This document shows positions 1 through 12,599 of a stretch of 64,000 nt of DNA, piece after piece. Source of the stretch: Octopus vulgaris (taxonomy: Eukaryota); the NCBI GenBank assembly GCA_951406725.2, contig OX597820.1, positions 93,186,001 to 93,250,000 of the forward strand, given 5' to 3'. The notes under the pieces were generated by a model, which was given only the letters and a program-made list of their open reading frames with translations, did no database searches and had not been told where the DNA came from. The position numbers and the translations under genes were made by a program. The stretch's first letter is position 1. Each line of letters opens with the position of its first letter.

Positions 1-123
1 AAGGGAGTCATAGATAATCAGGGAAAGTACATTGATGATTAAATATAACATTTGATCGCTTGTATTCTTTATTCAAAATTCGGACAGAACTTATGGGATG
101 ACCTGATAAAATAAATCGTCATA

Positions 124-535
124 GGCACGAGCGTGGCTGTATGGTAGGAAGTTTGCTTCCAAACCACATGGTTCCAAATTCAGACCCACTGCGTGGCACC
201 TTGAACAAGTATCTTCTACTATAGCCTCAGGAAGATCAAAGCCTCGTGAGTGGATTTGATAGACGGAAACTAAAAGAAGCCCGTCGTAAATGTGTGTGTA
301 TGTATGTGTGTATATATGTGTGTGTGTGTGTGTGTGTGTCTTTTTGCTTATCTCTCACCGCTGTTTGACAACAGGTGTTTGGCTTTTTTTATGTACCCCT
401 AATTTAAAGTTTCAGCAAAATGTCCGATGGAATAGTACTTTGGACGATTTGCTCAATTAAAAACACTCCAAGGCGGTGCCCCAGCATGGCCACAGTTTAA
501 TGACTGAAACAAGCAAAAGATAACCGATAAAAGAT
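124..535 (+). mobile_element. tRNA-derived SINE, family A (octopus OR/OK-type; exact family not assigned)
   Basis: A/B-box-like head, GGCACCTTG..CAAGT body, internal (TG)n, AGGCGGTGC..CAGCATGGCC..GACTGAAACAAG tail; matches other copies in the window. Confidence 0.85.
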
Positions 536-1066
536 TATTTGCATAATTTGCATTTTCTGTGACAAAGCACAGACGCTCTTCAGACAGAAATTTTAAAATT
601 GCTGATGCATTTCACATAAAAGTTAGAACCTACTAGCGCGCTACACAGGGGATGCTAAACTTTATTCGTGCACTTCATATGGAAATTAAAAATTACAAAG
701 ACACATCATAGAAAAAAGTTGCAAACACACTTCACGTAGAAAGTCAACATTTACAGATGCAATTCTTATTGATAGTAAAGATTTCTGGCGCAGTTCACAT
801 AGAATGTTAAAAATTAGTAGCACATTTCAAACGAACAGTTAAAAAAAATTACTGATGCATTTCGCATACAAGTTAAACATTACAAGTGGATTTCAAGTAA
901 TAAAGTTAAAATTTGCTAACACGCTGCACATGGAAGTTTTAAAAATACTGGCACCCTTTGTATGGAATGATATATATTATTGGCGCGGTTCACATGTACT
1001 GTTAAAAAATTGGGCTCACCTTACATGAAAACAAAAAATATTTAAGATGCCACATATAAAAAGTTA

Positions 1067-1487
1067 GGATCTTTTCGGTTTGAACGGCAGTTTTTTCTAG
1101 CGGTATCATATGAAATTGTCACCCATAATTATGACCCTAGTATCGATCTATTGCATTTCAATCTGTTTTAGGGTTAGGGTTAGGTTAGGGTTAGGGGTGG
1201 GGGAAGGGTATCTTTTTTTCTTCACATATGTAATTAAACCCAATCTGTTTCTTAAACGAGGGACATATTCATACGGCACAGAATGTTTTTTAACTCAATA
1301 GACGTCACTGATTGGTTGAAATTGCAGAAATTGAAGAAAAAAAACAGCAAATATCTTACAAACTATAGAATTGTCTCAATAAAGCCAAAAGATGCTTTAT
1401 AAACACATTCTACCAGTATACGAAGTTTAAAATTTTTTAGTTACCTAGAAATTATGTTAAAAACTGCCGTTCAAACCGAAAAGATCC
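1067..1487 (+). mobile_element. MITE with 28-bp TIRs and 8-bp TSD (Merlin-like)
   Basis: TIR GGATCTTTTCGGTTTGAACGGCAGTTTT at both ends; TSD AAAAGTTA; GG termini plus an 8-bp TSD fit Merlin; internal TTAGGG repeats. Confidence 0.88.
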
Positions 1488-1799
1488 AAAAGTTAAATAC
1501 TATTAGTGCGCTTCACGTGGCAAGCTGAATATTATTGATGCTCTTTTATATTAAAAAATGGGGGGGGGGTGCAATTCACGTGATGAGTTAAAACATACTG
1601 GCAGGCTTGAAGTGGGGGAAGTTTAAAACTTATTAGTGTATTTCACTAATAAGTTTTTATAAATGGAATGTTAAAAACTACTGGCACTCACTCACATCGT
1701 CAGTGAGTCACATTTACATCAACAGAATCTGACATATCCTGAAACATACACCAAAATGAATGAATTATTTAAATTTAATACAAACGCTATGCATCCCAA

Positions 1800-2190
1800 T
1801 CTCTATATATATAAAGCTGAAGTTGTCTGTGTATGGCAGGTTTGGTAGCCTTCAACTAACACTATCTCCTCCGAGACCCTGCGGCGCAAGTTGACCAAAA
1901 TTGAGAGTATGATAGAAGAAGGCTTGCTCTTCCTTCCGTAGAAGAACAAATTCGAATCGAACCATGTTAAGACCAAAAATTATTTACATCATAAAGGTGC
2001 TTTTTTCTATGAAAATCCCTATTTTTTACGATTTTTTACCTGCTGTGTCGCTATTTTTCGGTGTATTTCAACCAGAAAAATGTTCACTTAAAGAGAATAA
2101 CAAGCTACATAATGCAAAACTTTTACTTTTCAAAAATTCTAATTCTAAAGGGTCGAAACAAACCCGAGCAACGCCGGGCGATACTGCTAG
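1800..2190 (+). mobile_element. Non-autonomous Helitron
   Basis: A|TC 5' end with TCTATATATATAAA; subterminal hairpin CCCGAGCAACGCCGGG; 3' CTAG|T; no TSD. Confidence 0.85.
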
Positions 2191-2814
2191 TGTCTGATAA
2201 ACTTCTTTGCAAACGTTTTAACATCGTGGTAGATAGGAGATCAAAGAAAAATTTGCTGGCGCATTCCATATGGACACTTAAAGTATAAAAGCGCATTTTA
2301 GATGGAAAAATTACCCTCGAATTTTAAAAGGAACAATGAATATTACTGGTACACTTACCACAGAAATTTTTGAATCCGTGGGAGTAATACAAGTTTACTG
2401 ACGCATTTCTCAGAGAGTGTTAAAAATTACTGAAAGTTATAAATTACTAACGCTGTTCACATCAAAGTTAATATCTACTGACGCACTTCGTATGGAAAGT
2501 TAAATATTATTGGCACACATCACATAACCATTTAAATATTACCGGCTCATTGCACATGAAAACTTTAAAATTACTGCTGCACTTCGTACGGAAATTTTAA
2601 AATTTCTTATGTAATTCACATGTTGAGTTTAAAATGACGGGCATGATTCTGATGTACGGTTAAAAGTGTACTTCACAGGGAAAGATCAAAATTGCTGGCG
2701 TACTTCACATGAACATAATCGAAATATTTAACACAAGGAAACTATGAAAATTCATAAATGTACGCATCAAAATAGAAATTATTTATAAAATGTGTGCTTC
2801 CTTTGGGTCTTGGC

Positions 2815-3455
2815 ATGCCAGGTTAAACGCTTAACGTTATTTCGTCCGTCTGTACGTTCTGAGCTCAAATTCCAGCAAGGACGTGGGATCTTTTCGGTTT
2901 GAACGGCAGTTTTTAACATAATTTCTAGGTAACTAAAAAATTTTAAACTTCGTATACTGGTAGAATGTGTTTATAAAACATCTTTTTCTCTTGGCTTTAT
3001 TGTTCACTTAAAGAGAATAACAAGCTACATAATGCAAAATTTGTAAGATATTTGTTGCTTTTTTTTCTTCAATTTCTGCAATTTCAACCAATCATTGATG
3101 TCTATTGAGTTAAAAAGCATTCTGTGCCGTATGAATATGTCCCTCGTTTAAGAAACAGATTGGGTTTATTTACATTTGTGAAGAAAAAAAGATACCCTTC
3201 CCCCACCCATAACCCTAACCCTAAAAGAGATTGAAATGCGATAGCTCGATTCTATGGTCATAATTATGGGTGACAATTTCATATGACACCGCTAGAAAAA
3301 ACTGCCGTTCAAACCGAAAAGATCCTGGCCGTGTTTGCCTTTCATCCTTTCAGGATCGATTAAATAAGTTCTAGTTGAGCACTGGAGCCAATGTAATCGA
3401 CTTAGCCACTCCCTCGAAATTGCAGGCCTTGTACCATAATTTGAAACCATTATTA
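2815..3455 (+). mobile_element. tRNA-derived SINE family B (CORE-like), split by a MITE insertion
   Basis: Halves at 2815-2885 and 3334-3455 match the family B copies at 34620 and 48111 (TTTGCCTTTCATCCTTTC...GTAATCGACTTA). Confidence 0.75.
2886..3325 (-). mobile_element. Second, inverted copy of the Merlin-like MITE
   Basis: Same TIRs; degenerate TSD AGGACGTG/TGGCCGTG; interior is the reverse complement of 1067-1487 apart from one patch. Confidence 0.88.
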
Positions 3456-3899
3456 GGATAGTGAAGACGGGGAGCTAGAAAACGCGTTAGCACGCCGATC
3501 AAAATGCTTAGCTTGCATTTCGCCCGTTTTTTTTATTTTCTGACCGCCAATTCTCCTTCTTGAAACAAGAGCTTCTTCCTGGTTTTTATCACGTTATTGC
3601 TTATGAGTGTCGAAAGACTACCATAGGGATATGTATATATTTGTATGTAAACATATACGTGTGTGTGTATTTGTGCGTACGTATTTTACATTACTGTATT
3701 ACTTGTATCTATCCGCAGTTTTCCGTTTCGCTTTTACGATGTTGTTGTCCTCCATATTTAATCCTTGCTCATACATTTATGTTAAGTATCAATGGTGCAG
3801 CCAGAGAAATAGCGCCATGGAACTTAAACCTCTTGGACTTTTAAATGATTAACTACAGACGACATACGTTACACACACACACACACACACAAGCACACT

Positions 3900-3984
<85 letters not shown>

Positions 3985-3995
3985 GGGGCGAATAA

Positions 3996-4128
3996 AGTGA
4001 TAATTTATTTTCGAACGCAGAACAGCGGAAACATTGGCTGTTGACAAACTTTTGCGCTTTATAAGGATATTTTATCCATTGTTTCTGCTGTTCTAACGAC
4101 GTTTCTGCGTTAGAAAATAAATTATCAC
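3996..4128. repeat. Palindromic MITE-like element between microsatellites
   Basis: GTGATAATTTATTTTCGAACGCAGAA ... TTCTGCGTTAGAAAATAAATTATCAC inverted arms. Confidence 0.65.
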
Positions 4129-4250
4129 CGTATTTGTATCTATATACACATTTCGGGTTTATAAAAAAAACAAATCTTAGTTTCTTTGTATATGTATATA
4201 TATTAGTTGCACATATAAACACATATATATACATGTTTATATGTATATAT

Positions 4251-4303
<53 letters not shown>

Positions 4304-4393
4304 TGTATGTATATATATATATGTATATATATATATATACATACATACATACATACATACATACATACATACATACATACATACATACATACA

Positions 4394-4429
<36 letters not shown>

Positions 4430-5142
4430 CACACACACATACATATATATATGTATGTATATAAATGGTCGATAACATTACTCGTCTGTTCACCCAAATA
4501 ACACGGTATCAATAAAATTCCAAAAGGTCTAAAAATTTCAATTGGCTGAAAATTTGTTAACATTAAATGTTTAATATTTAAATAAAAAAAAAAACGTCGG
4601 CGAGTTGGCAAAATTACTAACATGCAGGACAATATGTTTAGCACCATTTCTTCCGGTTTCTCAAAAGCAAGAGCATAGCAAAGACCATGTTCATAATTTT
4701 GGAGCTTCCTCTCCTCATTAAGGTTCAAATATAGAGAACATTTCCATAATTTCCTCGAGTCACATTGTGGCATATTTTTTTATAGAAAGCCAATATATTT
4801 CATATACATAATCAATATATTTATAGCACTCTCTCTCTCTCTCTCACACTAGTGAAACAAGATGAAAACTATTTTGCACTTCGTATGATAAAATGTATGT
4901 ATTTTGTGAGGCATATATGTTTGTATGCATGGGTGTGCATAAGTGTGAGTGTGTATGTGTGTGCGCGTTTGTGTGTACATGTACATAAATTTGTAAGTCT
5001 TCATATCTATGAGTATTTATAACAGCCAAAACTGAGATTTATTATATATGTACATATATTTATATTTGCAAATGTCTATTATGTGTATTTAGGTACAATG
5101 TGTTTGTGAAAATGTGTATAAATGAGCACACACACATGTGTG

Positions 5143-5197
<55 letters not shown>

Positions 5198-5809
5198 ATG
5201 TATATGCATGTATGTATGTATGTATGTATGTATGTATGTATGTATGTATGTATATATAGTGAGTTAGGATATATAAACCTGGTATTTACAACATGAACCA
5301 CTGCCATAGATATCGGCTATCGAAAATTGGAAGCGAGGAGATTTTTCACGCTACCACTCTAATTATCTGAAAATACACAAATATCTTTAGAGTATGTATA
5401 ATGACATATGTCGAAGAGTGGCGTTAGCAAGTCATTTTGAATACTTCATTTACAATCGTTTCATCGTAATTCAATATAATCAATCTTGCGTAATGCTGTA
5501 ATCGTGTCAACGATTATTGTAGAGAGAGTGGATGGTGTCAACCCACATCTATTGATGCAATACTTAGCAGTAAGTGTGGTGTCATTGGATCACTGGTTGT
5601 TCGGGTTTTACAACAAACATCATCATTCAAGCGATCTGGCCTAGGTTCATCAACCTTAGGCGTGTACGCAAACAGACTTCTAGAGATCGCGCTGATCACA
5701 ACTTTTCAACCAGATCCATCGAGATATTCACTCAGCAGCCTCTACATTCTGCTCATTCCAGAAATAACTAAGATTCCGAAGGCAAGACCTACGTACACTC
5801 AACTGCCAA

Positions 5810-6100
5810 CCTATCTATTCGATAAGATTTTGTCGTACAAAACTATTTCCCAATGTAAAAGATTTTCTTAGATAAGTAATGAATTTTTTTGTAACAATAT
5901 TGTTGAATTTTGAATTGAATTTTGTTTGATTATTATTGTAAAAATATTGATTTCTATATTGTTATTTGATAATTATAAGTTACGATACGTATATTTATTT
6001 ACTTATTTTTATTATTGTTATTATCTTGTGAATTAACGTATTACATATAATTTACATTAGGAAATGGTTTTGTACGACAAGATCGTATCGAATAGGTAGG
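5810..6100. mobile_element. MITE-like element with ~50-bp imperfect TIRs
   Basis: CCTATCTATTCGATAAGATTTTGTCGTACAAAACTATTTCCCAATGTAAA at 5810, reverse-complement copy at 6051-6100. Confidence 0.65.
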
Positions 6101-6445
6101 AATTTTTATTTATGTAATATTGCATTTAAGTAAATACTTTGAATAATGATAGAAACTTTGGTAAATTCTATAAATGAGTGTAATATTAAATCTGTATATA
6201 TATATTGAATCAATTATATAATAAGTTTAACTAATTTGTGTGTATATATTTGAACCATTTTTCTATTTTTAATTCCTGTAGTCATAGTTTGTAGTAGTAT
6301 TATGTATATAAGTTAGCATGAAGTTTTTAGCATATATTACTTAATTAGAATAGGATTTAACTTAGATGTTTATTAAATTGATTAATTAATTAATAATTTA
6401 ATGTATATAGATTAAATTATAGTATTTTAGCTTCACTTCATGTAT

Positions 6446-7717
6446 TTTTGGTTGGCATCCTTTTTGTCTCGGGAGACAATGGAGTTGCGCATAAAATAGT
6501 CTAGTCCGGCTTTTACATTTCATGTCCTGATACATTTCCTGCTGTGGCTGTGTAGTCCTATCCTGGACAAACACACCCTCTGGCAGGTACCGCAAATGTA
6601 GCGAAGACTGTTCCTGGCTGGTTGTAATGCCATAGTTTTTGTTGACGTCTTCTCTTGTCCTTCCATTTCTCCTCTCTCTCTCTGTCACTCCTTTGTATTC
6701 CCTCTTTTACGGTACGTCACCAATCTCCACGGTTACCGGCAACTGCTTCCCAATTGCTAATATTGATGTTGCAGGCCTTCATGTCCCTTTTGCAAACATC
6801 CTTGTAACGTAAGAACGGTCTACCCACAGACCTAGTACCCCTAGCAAGCTCTCCGTAGAGTATGTCCTTGGGGATTCTACCATCTTTCATACGGCTAACA
6901 TGCCCAAGCTATCTCATACGTCTTTGTGTGAGGAGTGCAAACATGCTTGGTATTCCTGCTTGCTTGAGGACATCTTTGTTGGGGACATGATTCTGCCATT
7001 TGATGCGGAGGATTTTCCGGAGGCAGCGCAGGTGAAAGATGTTTAGGCGACGCTCTTGGCGTGTGTATAGCGTCCAAGTCTCACTTCCATACAGTAAAGT
7101 GCTAAGTACACATGCCTGGTAGATCTTCATTTTCGTGGTCTTGGTCAGCTTATTGTTGTCCCATTCCTGTTTGGAGAGTTGGGCCATCGCAGCAGCTGCC
7201 TTGCCAATGCGTATATTGAGCTCAGCGTCAAGGGATAGGTTGTAGGTGACGGTAGAACCAAGACAGGTAAACTTCTCCACCTCTTGTAATCTGTGGTCTC
7301 CAATATGCATGTTTGGGATGTCCGATGTAGCCTGACCCATGATGTTGGTCTTCTTAAGGCTGATAGCTAAGCCAAAGTCGTTACATGCTTGCTCAAAACA
7401 GTTAATGAGCCTTTGGAGGGCTTCTTCTGTGTGTGATACCAGAGCGGCATCATCAGCAAATAGCATCTCCTTGATCAGGACGTTTCTGATTTTGGTCTTG
7501 GCGCGCAGGCGCGAGAGATTGAACAGTTTCCCGTCACTTCTACTGTGCAGAAACACTCCATCATCTGATGTCTGAAAGGCATGTGAGAGTAAGAGCGAGA
7601 AGATGCCAAATAATGTAGGAGCGAGGACACAACCTTGCTTTACCCCGTTTTTTATTTGGAAGGTGGCTGATGTTGAACCATTGTGCTGTATGGTGCCTTG
7701 CATATCATCATGGAAAG
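6446..7717 (-). mobile_element. 5'-truncated RTE (BovB-like) LINE, RT C-terminal half
   Basis: ORF 6909-7724: GVKQGCVLAPTLF, LFADDAAL, LLYGSETW; 11-bp TSD ACTTCATGTAT at 6435-6445 and 7718-7728. Confidence 0.93.
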
Positions 7718-8101
7718 ACTTCATGTATATTACGTATAATATATATATATTGTTTTAAATATCTTATTTTAATTACTTGTATTTTATTTTTTTTAGTAAT
7801 GATATACTATAGTTTGTTATTATTTTCTTCTATAAGCTAAAATATATTTTCATAGATAAAATAAATATTTCTACCTTTTATTCTAGTTTTATTTACCCCA
7901 CGTTTTTAACGAGATAAATTTATTATAAACACTAAGTCCTACGTATTAAGTTTAAAGATTTTGTTAACAGAATATATTTGATAAGATATTTCGTGTTTTT
8001 ATTTTAAGATATATTGTTGAATTTTGTTCGATTTTTTATTGAAAAATTACGTATTTTTATATATATTTATATTGTCTTATAAGAAATATACATACATTCT
8101 C

Positions 8102-8905
8102 ATGCCAGCAAGAGAAATAATATTCTTAAGATTATAAACCTGGAAAATTACAGGACAAGTTATTACACTCGGAAAAGTTCAGGACAACTTCTTACATCTG
8201 GTAACATACAGAACAAGAAACTTTTTACTTAAAATACTGCAGTTAAGGATAAAATTTCAAATAAAATATTTAGATTTAGAAAATATTAGCGTTTATTAAA
8301 ACTAAAAATTTTATTACAAGTAATTACTTCTATTAAAAATTTAAAATAACTCAATTAATATCGTTTTTGCACTTTAAAACATTCTTCCTTTTAATTATTA
8401 ATTAATAATTATAATTTTGAAAATAGGTTGTTAAAAAATAATAGAAGTAAATAATTAGTTAGTACAATAAAGAGAATAATACAAAAATTAGTTATTACAG
8501 TAAAATCTACTGATAACAACAAATTCCCAGTAAAACTTGCTTGAGTTATTGCCTAAGTTATTGCCAAGTCTTCACATGTTTAGTCTTGACCCAATGCCTA
8601 TTTTTTACATAATAAATTTACCTACCATATGTACTATTCTACATTACAAAAAACTTTAGCTATATTGGTACTTCTGGCTCTTAATTTTAAGTATTCTAGT
8701 GTGTCAATATTTTAACAAAATGATGGTACTTTTTTTTTTAATTATAGTGTTACTTTGTAAATTAGAATCAGATAATTTTTAATATTCAAATTTTATACTT
8801 AGCTTAAGTAAAAAAATTTTTGTTCTGTACTTTACCAGATGTAATAACTTGTCCTGTAATTTTCAAGGTTTATTATCTTAAAAATATTATTTATCTTGCT
8901 CGCAT
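8102..8905. mobile_element. Old TIR element with ~130-bp inverted arms
   Basis: ATGC.AGCAAGA.AAATAATATT..TAAGAT.ATAAACCT.GAAAATTACAGGACAAGTTATTACA at 8102, reverse complement ending at 8905. Confidence 0.65.
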
Positions 8906-9961
8906 TTTTCCATTTTATCCATGTTTTTCCAGGCTATGCTATTCTGCTAATTAATAATGTGTCAAATGTGTCAATTAGCAGTGCCGTTGATAATTTTTTC
9001 CTTACCTCAATAATGCTGGTGACCTATAACAAAAGTCTCCTTATAGAACTATATTCATAAAATAAGTACAGAACTATATTATCACCCTCAAATTTGAGAA
9101 ACAAACACGCACAACTCTTTTCTTTTAAAACTTCATTGCATGAGATTGATACCATGAAATTTCTCGAATTGAGCTCTGTCATTTAAGCTTAATTAAAATA
9201 TCGTTTGTTTTTAAAATGAAAAAGTTAATTATACTTAAATCCAATGTTTTTGCCTTATATTTTTTCATGATATTTTACCTTGTTTCAGTCATTTGATATT
9301 TTACCTCACAACGTTTTTGATACAAATTTTTGTTGCATGGGAGCGAAACTATGAAATTCTTCATGCTTTCTTCTATCATTGAAGTTAAGATAAATATATT
9401 TTGCTTTTGAAACAAAAAAAGTTATTTAGATTTAAACTTGATTGATGGCGTTACTTACTCTCCTATAATGTTGCTACAAATTTTGATGTAAACGTTTTTG
9501 TACTGCATCAAATCTCAATTTTTTTATGCCAAAATGTAGCCAACAGTTTTCAATTTGGTTAAGAACTGAATTAGCGACAAGCTCTGAAAGATGCTGCGTG
9601 CGAGAGTAAATTACGGCTTTAAGAATATTATTCAACTACTGTAGTTGAATGATATGTATGTATGTATGATATGTTTGTCATGTTTTTACCATAATTGTTT
9701 TTTGTATTTTATATTCGTGTGGCATCGTCCGTTTTTCTGTCCCTGTTTCGTATGCATTCGATCCTTTTTCCGAGAAATCTAATGCTCGTAGCTTAGTTTT
9801 TCCTTGGGGCTGGCCGGATCGGAGCGATCTCAAGATTAATCAGCCGAAATTGCTAGGATGATCCGGTTCTTGACTGAAGATTGAAGGCTTCGAATGTCCC
9901 GTCTGTGTTTTTTGTATCGTCTTCTAAATGTTTTACGTTCTTGTCCCAGTTTGTATTTTTC

Positions 9962-10043
<82 letters not shown>

Positions 10044-10653
10044 GGGGGACGGAGGGAAGAAGAGAGATAGATACATACATACATACATACAAACATACAT
10101 ACATACATACATACAAACATACATACATACATACATACATACATACATACATACATACAAACATACATACATAATACATACATACATACATACATACATA
10201 CACACATACATAGGTACATACATACATACATAATAGAAAATTACGTGCCATACAACGGGTAACTTTGAAAGTATACTTTACCATCAGGGATAATACCAGA
10301 ATTTATGGTATACATAAAATACATTATCAAATTTGTTGGTACTGACACAAAATGATGAAATGAATACTAATAGAACAATTTCTAAATTTACCTTAAAATA
10401 AAATCAAAGCAACAAATTTCACATATGTATAACTTCGCCTATAACTGCTCTATCATTTTCCCTCTTCATCATCTCCTTCTTTCCCACTCAGTGTGTGTGT
10501 AGCCTTCCTTTACTCACTGCTTGCCACCAAACCTAATATGTGTACTCTCTCTCTCTCTCTCTCTCTTTTCCTCTCTCTCTCTGTCTCTTTCTCTTCCTCC
10601 TCTCAAAATGTAAAACCTGATTAGAGAAAACCAACCAACATTTCTGTCATTAT

Positions 10654-10737
<84 letters not shown>

Positions 10738-11469
10738 ATTACATATACATTCACACACACACATACATTCATGTGTGTGTTTGTGTGTGTGCTAAACAAT
10801 GCTATACTTAGATTTACACATACATGGAAGCATACACAAATATACAATGATATACTTTCACCAAGCAACACTTTCACCAAGCAACACTTCCTCTCTGTAC
10901 TGACTATTCTCGGTTTTTTCATTTGTCTATTTTACCAATGGAAGTATTAGTTCATCTATTGAACTTTGTGAATATCAATGTAATTTTCTTTGGTTTGAAA
11001 CAGTAGTTACATAGTGCCATTGACATTTTTTTTATCTCTACATCTCTAAAGAGCTTCAGACATACATATTTGTTTCCCCTGTATCTATAAGTAAATGTGT
11101 GTGTATATGAATGTGGGTGTGAATGTGTGTGCCTTTCTGTGTATGCGCGTCTGCATGTGTGTATATGTATATATATATATGCACATGAGTGTAAGTATTT
11201 GTATGAATGAATAATTGATAGAATCAATTGACTTCTATTGCCTGAATGTATTTCTCTTTTCCTCCTGCGTGCCTGCGGCACATTATGTTTCTTTGCTCAA
11301 ATTGGCAATTCGAATGAAAAGAAAATATTTAAATCGGTATTATATTGTAATGTAATTATAGCTTCCATAATTTAAGTTTATTACGCCAACTTTGAAAAGA
11401 CCTGTTTATGTATTATTGTATTCATATTATAGAATAGAATGTTTGGATTTATATTACAGCTCATTAATT

Positions 11470-12130
11470 TTACGGCATGTCAGCTATCAACTTTGGCAAC
11501 GTTCACAGGAACATTTGGAATTTGGTTTTAATCCTTTGATCATAATTGAGACAATGCTTATGTGTTTGATAAGCGAAAAGACATTTGGAAATTATGCAAT
11601 GAAACCATTGAAGATTAAAGCCAACCTTGAAGAGGTTAATTCAGATAATAAAAGCAACGATCTTCAATGTTGTAAGAAATTGAGAAAAAAGGTTAAGAAA
11701 ATATTCATTCTTAGTGTCAATTTTTTTTAATGCCCTTCTTATACGGATAACTGAAGAAATATAAGCCTCTTATAATATAGCCGTTAAAATATCAAAAACA
11801 AATGTTACACACGGTTGGAGAGGATATTCTCATATCAGCCGGAAAGATAGTCATAGAAAGCATTATGAAAAAGGGCTGTGAGCCAGTTCTTCCGGTTATC
11901 TCTCAGACTGACTATGCTAAACAACACCTTATTGATGCAATGACAGAAGATGTAGCAAAAAGTGATAACTTCAAAACTTCAACACTGTAAATTTTCTATC
12001 CAGCTGAACGAGTCGACGTTCGGAAATTCCTATATTCTCATAAACTATGTAAGGTATTGTAATTCTAATTTTAAAACATGCGTTGTTGATGAATTTTCTT
12101 CACTAAGATTTTGATATTTAACTGTAAGGC
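11470..12130 (+). pseudogene. Degraded hAT Charlie/Buster (ZBED5/SCAND3-like) transposase fragment
   Basis: Frameshifted pieces EHLEFGF..MCLI.EKTF.N.AMKP, HTVGEDIL, IQLNEST..YVRY. Confidence 0.7.
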
Positions 12131-12599
12131 GAGATTCATTTTCACTTCTCTCAATTCTTCTGTGTCAGTTTCCATATCTACTATATAATTCACTCCTAGA
12201 TTATTTTTAATTGTCATAAAGTATTTTAAATTTGTTTCGAGAATATCTTATTTTGCTTTACGTTGATATAAATTTCTTTCTGAATCCCACGTTCTGCAGC
12301 AAGAATAGAATTCATCATTGTGACTTAACGAATCAGCTGTCACATGTACAGGGAATATTTTTATTCATTTATTTATTTATTTCGATATAATCAAGTCTAC
12401 AGGGGTCACTCATTCCTGTGAATGCACATATCTTTATATTTTATCTTTTACTTGTTTCATTCAATGGAGTGCGGTTGTGTTGGGGCACTACCTTAAAAGG
12501 TCGAACGAATCGACCCCAGGGCTTAGGTTTTAATCCTGGTATTTATTCTATTGGTCTCTTTTGGTTGACAAGCTAAGTTACGAGGAAGTAAACAAACCA

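Larger units (their letters stand above)
560..2720 (+). repeat. Ancient, highly diverged ~32-bp tandem array (consensus approx. TACTGGCGCACTTCACATGGAAAGTTAAAAAT), interrupted by a MITE and a Helitron
   Basis: Dozens of consecutive degenerate units visible by eye at 560-1066, 1496-1700 and 2230-2720. Confidence 0.75.

Noticed and set aside
560-2720. Possible CRISPR-like array
   Set aside because: Units are contiguous and mutually diverged, with no identical repeats separated by unique spacers, no cas genes, and an animal context
3869-4773. Long ORFs rich in Y/I/H/T/V/C/M (also at 9836, 13762-14896, 22550, 25172, 32471-34293 and 61132-61912)
   Set aside because: Translations of (TA)n, (TACA)n and (TG)n microsatellites, which lack stop codons
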